Assembly: GCA_964016885.1 (NCBI GenBank)
Contig: OZ024744.1
Span: 53,940,001-54,004,000 of the forward strand
Source: Eledone cirrhosa
Taxonomy: Eukaryota
Direction: 5' to 3'
DNA length: 64,000 nucleotides
This document shows positions 1 through 13,200 of this stretch, piece after piece. The notes under the pieces are model-generated. The model was not told where the DNA came from. It saw only the letters and a program-made list of their open reading frames with translations, and searched no databases. How positions within the stretch are numbered: the stretch's first letter is position 1; every line of letters starts with the position of its first letter. The position numbers and the translations under genes were made by a program.

Positions 1-1116
1 CCGAAAATTCTTAACCATGCACAGAATGCATCACCCTAAGGCAGACATAGATAGAATATATCTCCCTAGGAAAGAAGGAGGACGTGGGTTAATCCAGTTA
101 GACATTGCGTTGAAAACTGCAACAATTGGATTATCCACATATCTAAGGGAATCACATGATTGGATGATCAAACTCGTTTTGAAACACGAAAGCACCAAAA
201 GATCATATTCCATTACAAAAGATGCACAAAGATACAGTAATGGACTACAAATTTCAGAAGTCCCATTTACTGCTGAAATGGAAAACACAGAAAAAGCAAA
301 GCAGGTAAAAGTAACTGCAAAGAAAGAACTGCTACAGAAACTGGCTAAGAAATGGCAAGAAAAGCCTCTGTATGGAAAATACCCAGAGCGAGCTAACAAT
401 CCTGATGTTGACAAAACTTTAACCCATCAGTGGTTGGCATCCTCTGGACTGAAATCGGAGACTGAAGGACTGATTATATCCGCACAAGATCAGTGTCTGC
501 CAACAAAAAATTACCAAGCCAACATAATAAAAAAATGGGTGCAGCCCATTATGCCGTGTATGCAAAAAACAACCAGAGACCATTGACCATATAATTTCAA
601 TGTGCAGTCCTATAGCTCCAACCGAATACCTAAACAGGCATGACAGAGCTGCACAATACATACATTGGATAATGTGTAAGCATTTTGACCTGCCCCATCA
701 AAAGAATTGGTGGGAGCATCAACCACCTCCCATACTTGAAAAAGATCACATCTCAATCTTGTGGAACTTTAGCATCCAAACAGACCGAAAAATAGATGCA
801 AATAGACCTGATATAATATTGAAGGACTTTCAAAGGAGGGTATGCCTGCTAATTGATGTATGTTCCAATAGACAAGAATGTATCTATAAAAACATTTGAA
901 AAATTGAGCAAGTATAAGGACCTGGAGATAGAAATTGGAAAAATGTGGAAATTGAGAACTAAAACAATACCAGTGGTTGTAGGCGCTCTGGGAATGATAC
1001 CTAAGGGGTCTAACGACTACTTATCGCAAATCCCAGGAAACCCGCGTATAGGAGAAATACAAAAGATAGTACTAATGGGAACTGCCCATATACTAAGGAA
1101 GATCCTGTCAATATAA
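1..1116 (+). pseudogene. C-terminal RT thumb, CCHC knuckle and RLE endonuclease of the Dong ORF; two frameshifts (~530, ~858)
   Basis: ORFs 17-586, 600-899 and 853-1116 are consecutive pieces of the single frame seen at 59695-60702. Confidence 0.88.
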
Positions 1117-1256
1117 GTACATCACAAGTCTAAACACTAAGGATGCATGTGTGAATATGTGTGTTCTTTCTTGAACATGGCGGACCTTGTTGTCTCTTGA
1201 GGTCACTGGTTGTGACTTGGTGATAACTCGTATAAACATAAAGCAAGATAAATGCA
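1..1256 (+). mobile_element. R4/Dong-clade non-LTR retrotransposon, family D1, 3' part (cut by window edge)
   Basis: Pieces encode LPRKEGGRGL, RHD, RPDII and K..KY restriction-like endonuclease motifs. Near-identical to 59586-60845. 3' UTR ends in (TAA)n at 1257. Confidence 0.9.
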
Positions 1257-1533
1257 AATAATAATAATAATCATAATAATAATGCTTTTTTTATTAACCA
1301 CAAGGGTTTACATAAAGTAGACATTAAGGACAGTACAGGACAATACAGGAGAGTACAAATGGGCATTTCTGCATGTAAAAACTAAACAAAAACAGGATGT
1401 AACAAAAAATAACAATGAAAGATTCCCCAATAGGGGGAGACTTCCGAGGGACATTTGTGGAGAAAGGCCATTAAAAGACCACAGTGACCCTGACCACCAG
1501 GACAAGTGCCTCTCCCAGTTTTCCACCTTTAAT

Positions 1534-4500
1534 TTACAGGCACATACTCAGAGTAGACCCATTCACTCGAGGCATACTTGCTTCTCTGACCCATCTTTCA
1601 ACAAAATGCTGGGAAGAGAGCACTTCCCTCTCTACCCTGATTTTCCTTTTCAAATGAAATTTCAAAAAGTTAATCAGGGCATCACCGAAGAGATAAGTGC
1701 TCGTCTTCAGCCCTTTCAAACGTGTCCACCACACTATCTCTTTCGCCATGGCCACCAGGCAGATAAAAACTGCCTGCCCTTCCTGGCTAAAGGAAGAGGG
1801 CGTGGCAATCCTCACGATGGACTCAGCTGATAGCTGGATCCGTCCTACACGTGACAGCAGGTGTTCGACATAAACCCACAAGTCAGCAATACTCGGACAC
1901 TGGACGAGTGCATGCAGGACGGTTTCGTGGCCCTGCGCGCATCTCGGACACGCCCGGCTGACAGCACCTCCATGCCTGTAGAGTTTATCCCGAACTGGCA
2001 AAGCTCCTCGGTAGCACTGCCAGGCCAGGGATTTCTGGAAGTTGTCCATAGGCCCCGGCCCGAAAGTCCTCCCGAAGAGATTGGCTGGTTGATTTTCGTC
2101 GACGCCTAGATTTTATCCAAGTACGTCGTCGCTCTTCCCCTCCACTAATCCTCTATAGAACGCCAAGGTGGAGTTTCCACCGATCACATTGCCCGATTGG
2201 TCGAGGGCTGTGAGCGCCTGAAGACATTCCAATCTCCAAGTGCTACCTCTCGGTCTTCGCTTGACCCAGGACTGCAGCTCCGTCAAGGAGACGAGCTGGG
2301 GAAAGACGTGTCTAGCAAACGGCGACCACACCTGATCACCGTCGAGGAAGAGGTGGAGATGTCGTAGCCTGAGCGCGTGTCTGCGCATCATCAGCCACGG
2401 CATGCCCAGCCCTCCACGTAGCGGGTGTTGTCAGCAGATGGACCGCCTGACCATCGGAGCGCGTCCCTTCCACAAAAAGCGAAAGAGCAAACGCTCCAGC
2501 GCAGTCAGGCGGGGCTTAGGACAAGGTACGACGGTCAGGCGGTAGTAGACTAAGGACGCGATGTACGCGTTAGCGACCTCCGATCGACCTTTCAGGGATA
2601 GCTTTCCTCTCCGCCCATTTCTGGGTGAGAGAAGCCACCCTGTTCGTCACCTCGTCCCAGTTTTTGTCCGTCTGGAGGTCCGGACCGAACCAGACCCCTA
2701 GCAATTTAAACGGTCCGTCCGTCCAGCGCCCGACGACGCTGTTGGACGGCATGGACCTGCCTCTCCAGGTCACGAGCTGCAGGCCCACTGACTTTTACTG
2801 GTTGATCATTGCTCCTGTCACCGATTCGTATTCTCTTAGTGTAGTGCCGGTCGCATCGATGTGTTTGGCGTTCGACACCACTACGGTGACATCGTCCGCA
2901 TATGCTGACACGGACCTTCCGTATTCTAGTTCGCGTGGGACCACACTCAACGTCTCCAGTTTGTGTAGTAATGGCTCGAGAGTCAATACGTACAAGAGGG
3001 ACGAGAGGGGACATCCTTGGCGGACCGAGCGCATGATGTTGAACGGTTCCGAAAGGTGACCGTTCACTCTCACCACAGAGCAGATGTCGCTGTGCATGGC
3101 AGCGATCCAGCCTCAGAAGACGGGCCTAAAGCCAGCCGCCTTCAGGACTGTGGCTAGGTAACGACCCTATCGAAAGCTTTCGACTGATTTAAATTGATCA
3201 AGGACCCACCCGTGCCAGGTTCCCTAGCTACCCTCACTACGATGTATCGCATGAGGTGGAGGTTGTCGGGGATGGATCTGTCGGGAATGGCGCATGTCTG
3301 CGCCTCTCCCACCAGACCACCAACGACAAGCGCCAACCTCTTTGCTAGCACCTTGGCCAAAATCTTGAACCCTGTGTTTAGCAGAGTTATGGGCCTGAAA
3401 TTATCTATGTTATCCCCCTTGTTCGGATCCTTTCTCAGCAGTGCCACCGCTCCTCGGCTCACAGAGCTAGGAATTCTCCCGTTCTGTTGCCAGTTGCAGT
3501 AGACGTCCGCCAAGAGGCCTCCGAACAAGTCTGGCATCTGTACTTAACGTTCATATGGTAGACCATCCAAACCAGGCGATTTACCCCTTGTGCAGCCAGT
3601 CATTGCCTCCCGTACTTCAGCGGCTGTTATCGGCTTTTCGCAATACTCCGCCTCAGTGGCCGAGAGCGGCGGCAGTCCCTCGAGGTAGACACTAAAGTCC
3701 ATCCCTCGAGCTGGCTCGCCGCTGCCCCCGAACAGCTGTGCGAAGTGTCGCTGAAAAGCTTCACACATTTGCCCGGGATCGTGTAGCATGCGCCCGTCGT
3801 GGTCCACCAAAGACCGGATCGTGACTTTGTTGCCACGACGCGCCTCTGCCACTCGAGCCCATTGAACGGCTTTCGTCCCCTCGTGTCTGAGAGCACGCAC
3901 CCTAGCTCTGACAACGTAGCCTTCGTGCTTTGCATTGAAGAATTGGTCAAGGGCCAATTTCGACGCAAATACGTCGGTCGCTATGCCTTTGCTAAGCGCC
4001 TCTTCTAATTTTCTAACTAGTTCTCCATTTGCTCTATTTTTCTCTATTGCTAAAGTCTTACTAAACCTAATGGACTCTATTCTATTCGCTCTTTTCAGAA
4101 CAAACCACCACTTGTTGTTGACGATGGCCTCCGTCAACGCCCGCTTAACTAGTTCGCTAATCCGGTCTCTGTAGGCCTTGCGCGCTGGTAAGGACGCGTT
4201 TAGCTTCCAGTAGCCGGGTCCTCGTCTATGAAGCCTATCTAACTCAAGCACACAGATCACGAATTTGTGGTCCGTGTAGTTGAATATCTTGAATTGTGGA
4301 CAGCCTATGCTAGACCTATCTATTTCCCTACAAAATACTCTATCTAGATATGATCTGGATGACCCTATGCGGTTTGTCCAATCCACATTGGCACATTCGG
4401 GAAATCCAATCGGTACCTGTCAGACATTTCAAAACGCCTGAGCAGGTTGGTGAGGCTCTTGCACCCTACTCCCCTATCCGCTGATCCCTCACAGTCCCAG

Positions 4501-4927
4501 CGTGCATCTAAGATCCCGTTCCAGTCACCCACTAACACTAAAGAGCGGGACGTTCCAAGAAAGGTCTCCAGACGCCGGAAGAAATCAGGATGCCCTGCTC
4601 CTGTCGGGGCATAGACGGCCACTAGCTTGAAAACTTGCCCGTCTCCACTGGTCACGTCTAGCACCACCAACTTACCTTCTGGGTCCAGGAAGATGACCTG
4701 TATCGCGAGATCCAAACCTCTCCTCCCCCCGATCCAGGACCGCAAGGAGATGCGTACACATCGTAGCCGCCGAAAGCCGGTGCGAAGGCCCGTGCTTCGG
4801 AGATTCTGGTCTCGCTGATGGCCACTACATCTATGTTTAGTGACCTGAGGTTGTTGAGCAGGTAGCCCAGCTTCCATGACGACCCCAAGCCACGCGCATT
4901 TATGCTGCCTATTCTGAGTGATGTCAT
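1534..4927 (-). pseudogene. E1 ORF2: APE endonuclease, reverse transcriptase, C-terminal CCHC (frameshifted)
   Basis: SINARGL, AISET, VYAP, GDWN, YLDRVF, TDHK; NFRPITLLN, QSKAFDRV, VRQGCPLS, YADD; CPRC..ETVLHALVQC. Confidence 0.9.
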
Positions 4928-4961
4928 GTTGAAATGGAGTGGAAAAGATGGGAAAGATCCC

Positions 4962-6959
4962 TTACCTTACTTCTCGTAGAGGGAGGGTGGTTTGTCGATC
5001 CTTTTCACTGCTTGTGGCCTCCTCCGGAAGGATGTCCTTATAAATCCTCCTGGAGAGTGCTTGTCGGAAGTCTCCGATATCTTTGGGGAATTTTTGTTTT
5101 AGTGTCGTGTACGTTTTCTGTGTGATGAGAGTGATTTGTATGTGTGGAGGTGGTGTGAACTTTTGTGTTGTGTAGTCTTTTTCTGTGATGCTGGTGTTGT
5201 GTTGGATGTAGTGTAATAATTTGTTGTTGTTCAAATTTAATTGTTTCTACTTTTTGGCACAAGGCCAGCAATTATCCCAGTGTATTACTGGTACTTTATT
5301 TTATCGACCCCGTATTCAAATTTAATGCTGTGTAGTGTGTATCGTTTTCGTTGTTTTGTTTTGTTTGCGTTTGTCGTGGGTTTGTTTCTGTTTCGCTTTT
5401 TGGTGACTTTTGTGGTGTTGGTGGTGGTGGTATTGGGGTTAATGATGGTGATGGTGTTGGTGTTTGTGGTGATGGGGTTGGTGAGGCTGGTGTGGATGGT
5501 GGCATATCTGTCCTAACTTTTTTATTTGATAGTTTATTTGTTTCCCTCAGTATTTTGTTTTCCTGGGGGAGGGAAGAGAATTTTTTTCTTTTTTGGTTTC
5601 TTTTTTCTTTTTTCCAGATACCGTATCCCACTCCTCGTCGTCACAATCTGTCTCCAGTTGTGATAGGCTGGGGAGTGGAAAATCTTCTACAGGCGTTGGT
5701 TTTGGTTGTGGCGTGGTGGATGGTGTAGGCGCTGGTGCTAGTTCTGGCGCGTTGGGTGGTGGTGGTGTTGGTTTTGCTACTGTTGCTGGGGTTGTTGCTG
5801 TTACAGTTGCTTCTGTTGTTGCTGCTAAAGTTGTTGCTACCATCTCTGCTGCTGGTGGTGTTGATGGTTGAATCACTGGGGTGGGTAATAGAGGTGGCCT
5901 CAACCTTTTAGCCTGAGGGCAGAAAGCCCTTAGGTGGATTCCTTCACCACAATCGACACACCTAGGCCTTCTGCCCTCGACAATTACGGTGGGGTGGCTG
6001 CCGTCAGTGAGGTCTATTACCTCTGGGATCTCCTCAATGCTTTTATGGTCCGCTTGGATCATGAGCTCCATCCCAGATGCGAACCAGTTCTCCTGCTTTT
6101 CTGTCGCTATTTCAATTATCTTGGTGTTGGCCTCGATGCCGGCGAGAACGGCAGCCATTAGCCAGGGAATCTTGATGGTCGGTGGAACATGGATCACCCT
6201 GATCTTTACAAGTCTCTGGCCACAATAGCTTGGAACGAGTGTGAAGTCGTCACTTCTTAATTGGGCCATGGAGTGTTCTCTAGCGTCCTGTGGTGTTTCA
6301 AAGAACACATCCACGGTTCCATATTTCTGCCCATGTCTGATGTGGGTTTTTTTTGCCTACACAGCATTTTGGATTTGGGACTCGGATGCCCGTTCCACTC
6401 GGCGGGATTTTATGTTAACCGTCCGATAAGACACGGTGCATAGGCGCCGATGCTCCATTTTATTAGGTGGGGGGGGGGGGCGGACCCTGTACCCATCTTT
6501 CTTTACTATCTTTTTGGCTTCTTCTAATTCCTCCCGAGTTACCTGGAATGCTTCGCACTGTTTTGCTACTCTGGCAAAATTCAGGGTGGTTTTTTTAATT
6601 TCATTGTTGCTGTTGTTGTTATGGTTAATTTTAGTTTCAGTTGTGGTATTGGTGACGTCAGTGGTGTTCGGTGTAGAAGAGTTCATTTTGGTTGAATTGA
6701 TTTCGATATCACGAGTTAATTTATTTTTTTCTTTTGTTTCTGTTGTCGCTGTGGTGGTGGTGGGTGTGGCGGCTTTAACACCTGCAGTCATTGGTAATGG
6801 CGGGAAATGAATGTCTGTCTGAGACAAATTTAAAATATTGCTACTGCTTATATTTTTAGTGTTGGCAAACGTAGTAATATTTACAATGGTGGTGTCGGTG
6901 TGAGGTGTTAGTTTGTGAGGAAGGCTCTCAGCTATTGGGTTCAGCTGTGAGTCGGCCAT
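4962..6959 (-). pseudogene. E1 ORF1: gag-like protein with CCHC knuckle and Pro/Thr/Asn-rich linkers (frameshifted, SINE-interrupted)
   Basis: ORFs 6357-6959, 5547-6314 (CVDCGEGIHLRAFC), 5296-5631 and 4962-5234. Confidence 0.8.
5242..5314 (-). mobile_element. 5'-truncated SINE inserted in E1 ORF1 with a 12-bp TSD
   Basis: Matches the 3' part of the SINE at 27697-27872. TTCAAATTTAAT at 5230-5241 and 5315-5326; single copy of this 12-mer in sibling E8 (54029-54040). Confidence 0.88.
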
Positions 6960-7175
6960 GATTTTTCAAAGAAATTTTTGTTTGTTTGATAATTATAAAA
7001 AGTTTAAATATTGGGCTCAAGGCCCAATCTTTTTGAGTGTCCTTTTCAGAAATCAATGTATGTGCACTTATATACAGTTAACAATAAAAATTTTCCATAA
7101 ATAGCAATTTTAAACAACTGAAAATAACAAACCTTTGCGGAGCTCACGATAATACGATTTACTACGTAGGTCGCC

Positions 7176-7249
<74 letters not shown>
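7176..7249. repeat. (AAT)n microsatellite at element junction
   Basis: Directly visible. Confidence 0.98.
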
Positions 7250-7457
7250 GGAAAGGGACCATAACCAACTGGACGAAAGAATTGAATAGAACTGTTATGC
7301 AATGTTACCTTAAGAGTAACCCCAAGGAAAAAGGCTATAGGAAACGGATGCATAACATCTGGAACGAGATTGGTCTATTTAAATAAGATGAACAAAAATA
7401 GGCCGGGCAGGCTCGGGTAATAAGAAATAATGAGTGGATAAACGAGCTGGAACTGGA
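7250..7457 (+). mobile_element. ~210-bp decayed fragment of the N-terminal region of Dong family D2
   Basis: Aligns by eye with 62386-62592 (NWTKELNRTVMQCYL...ELEL), with stop codons. Confidence 0.8.
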
Positions 7458-7738
7458 CAAGTCCCCCACCCCCACATTTTCAAACGTCTATGTTTTATTT
7501 TCCTGTTTATTTGATATAATAAATTCTTTTTAAGCTTATTTTTTTTATATCTGAACTTGATTTGAATATATAAAATTTAATTATCGTAAAACTGTACTTA
7601 TGTGATAGGGTCCGGGAAAGGCACTATAAGCAATGTATGCTCCTTTAAGAATCAACAAATGTTGGTTTGTCCCCCTCACATTTTTAAGGCAAACGAGGCC
7701 CCTATTATTAAGTATTTGTATTAAAGACTTACCCCAGA

Positions 7739-7740
<2 letters not shown>

Positions 7741-7826
<86 letters not shown>

Positions 7827-7827
7827 A
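7741..7827. repeat. (TA)n(GT)n compound microsatellite
   Basis: Directly visible. Confidence 0.97.
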
Positions 7828-8464
7828 TTTTATTTCATTTCAGGAAAAAAAGATTCCTAATTTCTCATGTAAATGGATTATCCTGTAATGAATCAGTCGG
7901 CTGGTTAATGATTGACACCGATAGAGAAACCTGTTCTTTCAATACACGTGGTAGCGACCCAAACATATTTTACTCTAACTTGTCAACACGGACACAATGG
8001 ATTAACGGTAAGTAGTCAACATTAAAGATCATTTGTAAAGATAGCAAATATTTCAACTGAATTTATTAGCAATATTAAACTTTGGAGTACCACATTGAAA
8101 ACATAGCTCATGATATTAAAATAATTTTGATAATAATCAATTTATAGGAGGAATGTAATAATACAATTAACTATTTCATTATTAAGATGATGTTTGGAGT
8201 ATAACTTAATAAAGGTTCTTGTATATGGCGCAATGTTTATTGCATTAATTGCAATCAGAGTAGCATACAATACATACATACATGAAGATCGTCTGCTACA
8301 TAAAAAGTTTGATAATTTATTGCACTTTATATCTGTTTCTTCCTGGCATGAGATCTCAAATGGCTTTTGAGTCCTGAAAGCCTGTGAAATACCTGTCTTC
8401 AAATAATACAATATTTCATTTCGTTCTTGTTTCCACTTTGTGTTTACTTATTGTGTATGTTCAG

Positions 8465-9175
8465 ATGTCACTTCAATCCACCACTTGAGCTGCAAATTTT
8501 CTGACAAACATAACACTGGAACTGATTCTTTGCAATGGAGTTTGAATAGTCAACTTGGACTTTACCATCGTGTGCTCCTTGGTGTGACTTCAAGCCAGCA
8601 CTCAAAAGACATACCTTAAGGTGCAGAGAGTATTTAACAACCAATACTGGATAAGATCTATCATTATTTCTGTTGATCTCATTCTTCCACACTTTTCTTT
8701 TCAGTTCTACATGTTTTGCCCTCTCCATTTCAAATGTTTTAACTCGACTCCAAATGACATCTCTCCACCAGGCCTCTCTATCTACTACATATGATTCAAG
8801 ATTTTTCTAGGATATGTTGAAGCATTTTAAGTTCACTTTTAGAGAGTCTCTGTATCTCTTCCTTGGCTTACTATTTATCCTTTTGCCCAGTTTGAGTTCG
8901 CCATAAAATATTTTCTTGTGGATACGTCCATCACCCATACGAATCATGTGATCTGTCTATCTTAACTGATTCCTAATAAGCATAGATTTAGTAGATGTAA
9001 CTATTGTCCAAGCAAGAATCTCAGCGAATATGTTCCAGCTTATTCTGAATATATGCTGAAGGCATTTTTGGTGAAACTGCTCCAACATTTTAACATGCTG
9101 TGTGTGCGACGTCTATGTTTTGGATGAATAATCTAGTACCGAGAATACAAGTGAGACGTATACAGCAATATTAGT
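8465..9175 (-). mobile_element. Old degenerate RTE-clade 3' fragment
   Basis: Minus-strand remnants KKIFYGELKLGKR, KPRKRYRDSLK, SAGLKSH and CYVCQKICSSSGGLK resemble the C-terminus of the 10212-13757 ORF. Confidence 0.72.
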
Positions 9176-9239
9176 CTCCAATCCAAATACATGCACACAT
9201 ACACACATACATACATGCATACATACATAATACATACAT

Positions 9240-9847
9240 GGCGGCTGCCAACTCGTTTTCGAGTACGGCCACCACTTTATATCCATGTAGGAGAACCCCT
9301 ACCAATGCGCTGAACGAATGTGACTTTTTAGTCCAGCCAGCGACTTGAAAACTCTGGTACAAACACTACACTTGTGACAATTATTGACACATAGTGCTGG
9401 GCCCATGGTACCATGTGACGACAAGTGCATAGAGATCTCCAGATATAAAGCAATGCCTGTGCTGTGAAGCTTTTATAGTGAGCAAAGGCACTGCACAAAG
9501 CCAGTCCCACTCTCTTAACCAAGATGATATTTACCAAAAAGAAGAACAAGTCAACATCATTGGATACCATCAGGGTTGCAGGTGTTATATCAGAGTTTTC
9601 CTTCTCCTAGAATTCTGCCTTGACAAAGGCTAAGGGGTCATCTCTCCCTGTGATTTTGGATGGCTATTGACTCTTAAGAGCCCCTTTGCCTTTTGACAGG
9701 TTTTGTTTTTAGTCCTGCAGGATGTCCAAAGCCACCCTCCTCACCAAGAAACCTTGGTGGGGTTGCCAGTTTAGTCGCCAACAACCCGACCATGAGACAG
9801 GTTGTAATGGGATACATGTTACCAGTAGCACCAACTGGTGACCTGAC
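9240..9847 (-). mobile_element. Non-autonomous RTE-derived element (copy 1) flanked by (TACA)n
   Basis: Contains an RTE-type 5'-UTR motif (TAGCCTT..AGGCA..TCTAGGAGAAGGAAAACTCTGA), ends in a CTCG-AAAA-CGAG stem plus (ATGT)n tail, and has no coding capacity. Second copy at 15308-15914. Confidence 0.7.
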
Positions 9848-9929
9848 ATACATACATACATACATACATACATACATACATACATACATAATGGCTGCCC
9901 CCTCGTTATCGAGTATGGCCATTGCACGA

Positions 9930-9997
9930 GAATAAAAAAATAATAATAATAATTATAAATAAATAAAAATAAAATAAAAAATAAAATAAAAAAAGAA

Positions 9998-10049
<52 letters not shown>

Positions 10050-10200
10050 ACACACTCACACACACACACACTCACACACACATACATTAATAACAATAAT
10101 AATAACAACAATAATAATAACGACAACAACAATAATAATATACATATACATATATATATACACACACACGCACACAGATAAGCATATCTACACACACACA
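9930..10200. repeat. Compound microsatellite (AAT/AAAAT/TA/CA/AAC)
   Basis: Directly visible. Confidence 0.95.
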
Positions 10201-10211
10201 CACGATAGCAA

Positions 10212-13200
10212 CTAACAGCGCTGCGATCGAATGTAGCTTTTTAGCCCAGCCAATGATCTAAAATGTCTTGCACAGAGACGGCAACCAAAACATTCACTGG
10301 GAATAGTCGGCTGTGGTTGGAGTTCGTCTACTTTTGCATGTCGCTTGAGCCCTCCTGCTGATTTACCTTCTCTACCACATGTTTGGCAAACATGATGAGT
10401 AGCATCTCCAACAGCAGCCTGGTAGTCAACCACTGGTCTTACTTTATGACTGCGAAGATGACTTTCGAGTCCAGCTTTGCTTAGGCAGAGTCTCGCACAT
10501 ACGCTGCATGTCAGCACCATAGGAGGACCCTCGCCGTCTGGAAGTGCAACAGCAATGCCCTTCCTCACATCCCGCTTTACTTTCTCGTATGCGATCCGAG
10601 ATGCCTCAAAGGCAACTTTTCCCTCATATACAGTCTTTCTCCATTTATTACGATCAGCAGCAACATTCTCCCATGTATCAGCAGAGATGTTAGTGTCTTT
10701 CAGAGAGGCTTTCAAGGAATCCTTATACCTCTTTTTTGGTTTATGTGGCGGTCGTTTTCCTTTAACCAACTCTCCATAAAAGAGTTGTTTTGGTATTCTA
10801 GAATCCTTCATCCTGGCAAGGTGACCACTCCAACGGAGTCGTTGCTTAAGCACAAGAGCTTCTATACTGTCACACATAGAGCTTTCCAAAATCTCGACAT
10901 CACTGATGTGGTCCCTCCAGTGAATGCCATGGATCCGTCTGAGACACATCTGATGGAAACGCTCCAATTGCTTAAGGTGGTGTCGATATGTGACCCAGGT
11001 TTCGCAGGCATAAAGAAGACAAGAGAGCACACATGCCCTGTACACCTTTACCTTTGTCCTCCTGCATATGTCTCGCCGACCCCAGAGTCGCCTTTCTAGC
11101 TTTCCGAAAGCATCACTTGCTTTCCTAATCCTAAGTGAGATTTCACTGTCAAGGTTGCTGTATCGATTGACAGTGCTTCCCAGGTAGACAAACTGATCAA
11201 CCACTCCAAGTCGTTTGCCATACACATAGATGTTTGGTTCAGTGTACTGCTTACCAGGGGCAGGTTGGTACATGACGACGGTTTTCTTGAGACTGACAGT
11301 CAGACCTAGGGCAGTGCAAGCATCAGCAAATGCATTCAAAATGTGCTGCATTTCACTCTCTGTGTGCGCTACAAGATCGCAATTATCTGCATACAAGAGG
11401 TCTCTTATGATTGATGTAAATACTTTTGTCTTCGCAGCAAAGCGCCTGATGTTAAATATGCTGCCTGAGGTTCGGTATCGGATGTAAACACCATGCTCGC
11501 AATTCCTGAATGCCATACAGAAAACCATTGCAAAGTACATGGCAAACAGGGTCGGTGCTGGAATATCCCCCTGTTTCACTCCATTTTTTACTGAGATAGG
11601 CTCCGACATGTTACCCCCGACATTAACCCAAGCCTTCATGTCGTCATGGAAAGACCTAACTAAAGCAAGGAATTTATCAGGGCAACCAAGTTTCTGGAGA
11701 ACCTTCCATAATGCATCTCTGTTAACAGTATCGAAAGCTTTTGTCAGATCGACAAAAACCTGATACAGATCCAAGCTTTGTTCCATGCACTTCTCCTGGA
11801 GCTGTCTAGCTGAGAAGATTATATCAGTAGTGCCGCGTCCAGCAGGAAAACCAGATTGACTTTCAGGAAGAACACAATCTGCAATGTGTGTCAGCAGACG
11901 GTCCAGAAGCACCCTACATAAAACTTTCCCTACGACAGAAAGCAATGATATACCTCTGTAGTTCCCACAATCATTCCTGTTACCCTTTCCCTTGTACAAG
12001 ACCACCATTACTGCATCTCTCCAGTCCTCAGGTACGGATTCACTAGCCCATATCCTTCCAAACAAAGAGTGCAGATGTTGCAGGAGTCTCTCACCACCAT
12101 ATTGTAGGAGCTCAGCATGTATGCCATCCATACCTGGAGATCTTCCACTGTTCAGCTTCGAAATAGCCACTGCAACCTCCACAAGCGTCGGAGGTTCTAC
12201 GAGAGCTACTTTCACAGGACTTTCTGGAATGAGATTGAGGAAATCTTCACTGACGACAGACGGCTGATTCAAAAGATCATCAAAGTGCTCTCGCCACCTT
12301 CGTAGAATTCCCTGTGAGTCACGAAGAAGTTCTTTGCCATCCTTGCTGCGAAGCGGTGTCACCAGAGAAGAAGACGGTCCATAAACCTCACGCAAGAGAC
12401 TGTACAACAGCTTTGTGTTATTGGAATCAGACGCAGTTTGTATCTCACCAGCCTTCTCACTCGACCACTGATCCTTCATCTGAGAAAGACTCCGCCTAAC
12501 ACGTGATTTTACAACCCTGAGTTCCTCATGCAACGTATTCCTCTCCTGTGGATTTGCCGTCAAGTAGCGTGACAGAGCACGCCTCTTATCAGCCAACAAG
12601 TCTTCTATATGTACATCATTCTCATCAAACCAGTCCTGATGTTTCCTCTGCACCAATCCCAGAACACGCCTGCCTACATCATAAACCGTCTTTTTAAGGG
12701 TCGGCCAATCCTCACCAAGATCTGCAGCCTGCATCTCTTCTTCCAATGTCCTCTTCACATTTTTATCCTTAAGACGAGCAGCATTCAATCTTTTGGGCAG
12801 GGCAACACCAGGAGCCCGGATTTTACGTTTAGTGATTAGTTTCACTTTTGCGCGTACCAGGCGGTGGTCCATCCAGCACTCAGCTCCACGAAGAACACGA
12901 ACACACTGCACATCCTGTCTGTCACGAATCCTGACTAGGACGTAGTTCAAAAGATGCCATTCCTTAGATGCAGGATGCATCCATGTGGTCTTGAATTTGT
13001 TCTTTTGTTGGAACATGGTGTTGGTAACACACAGATCCAGCTCCTCACACATCTGCAGCAGGAGCATACCATTGCTGTTACACTTTCCCACCCCATGCCT
13101 TCCGATTACATTCCATGTGTTAAAATCCCTACCCACTTTAGCATTAAAGTCACCAAGCACGATGACTTTGTCTGCCTGAGGGATATTTCTTAAAACACCT

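Larger units (their letters stand above)
1284..7175 (-). mobile_element. Tx1-like (L1 clade) non-LTR retrotransposon copy E1, family A, full length, degenerate
   Basis: 5' UTR, ORF1, ORF2 and 3' UTR with AATAAA, bounded by (AAT)n at 1257-1283 and 7176-7249. Termini match copies E3 and E8. Confidence 0.9.

Noticed and set aside
6469-6480. Programmed frameshifting at G/C or A/T runs in ORF1 (also ~26910, ~49116, ~55144)
   Set aside because: Run lengths vary between copies; slippage or sequencing error is sufficient.
7460-8460. Host gene sequence in an AT-rich unique stretch
   Set aside because: No recognisable coding motif or repeat termini; cannot be assigned.
7633-10201. Short ORFs with YIYI, MYVC, CVCV or poly-L tracts
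   Set aside because: These are translations of microsatellites.
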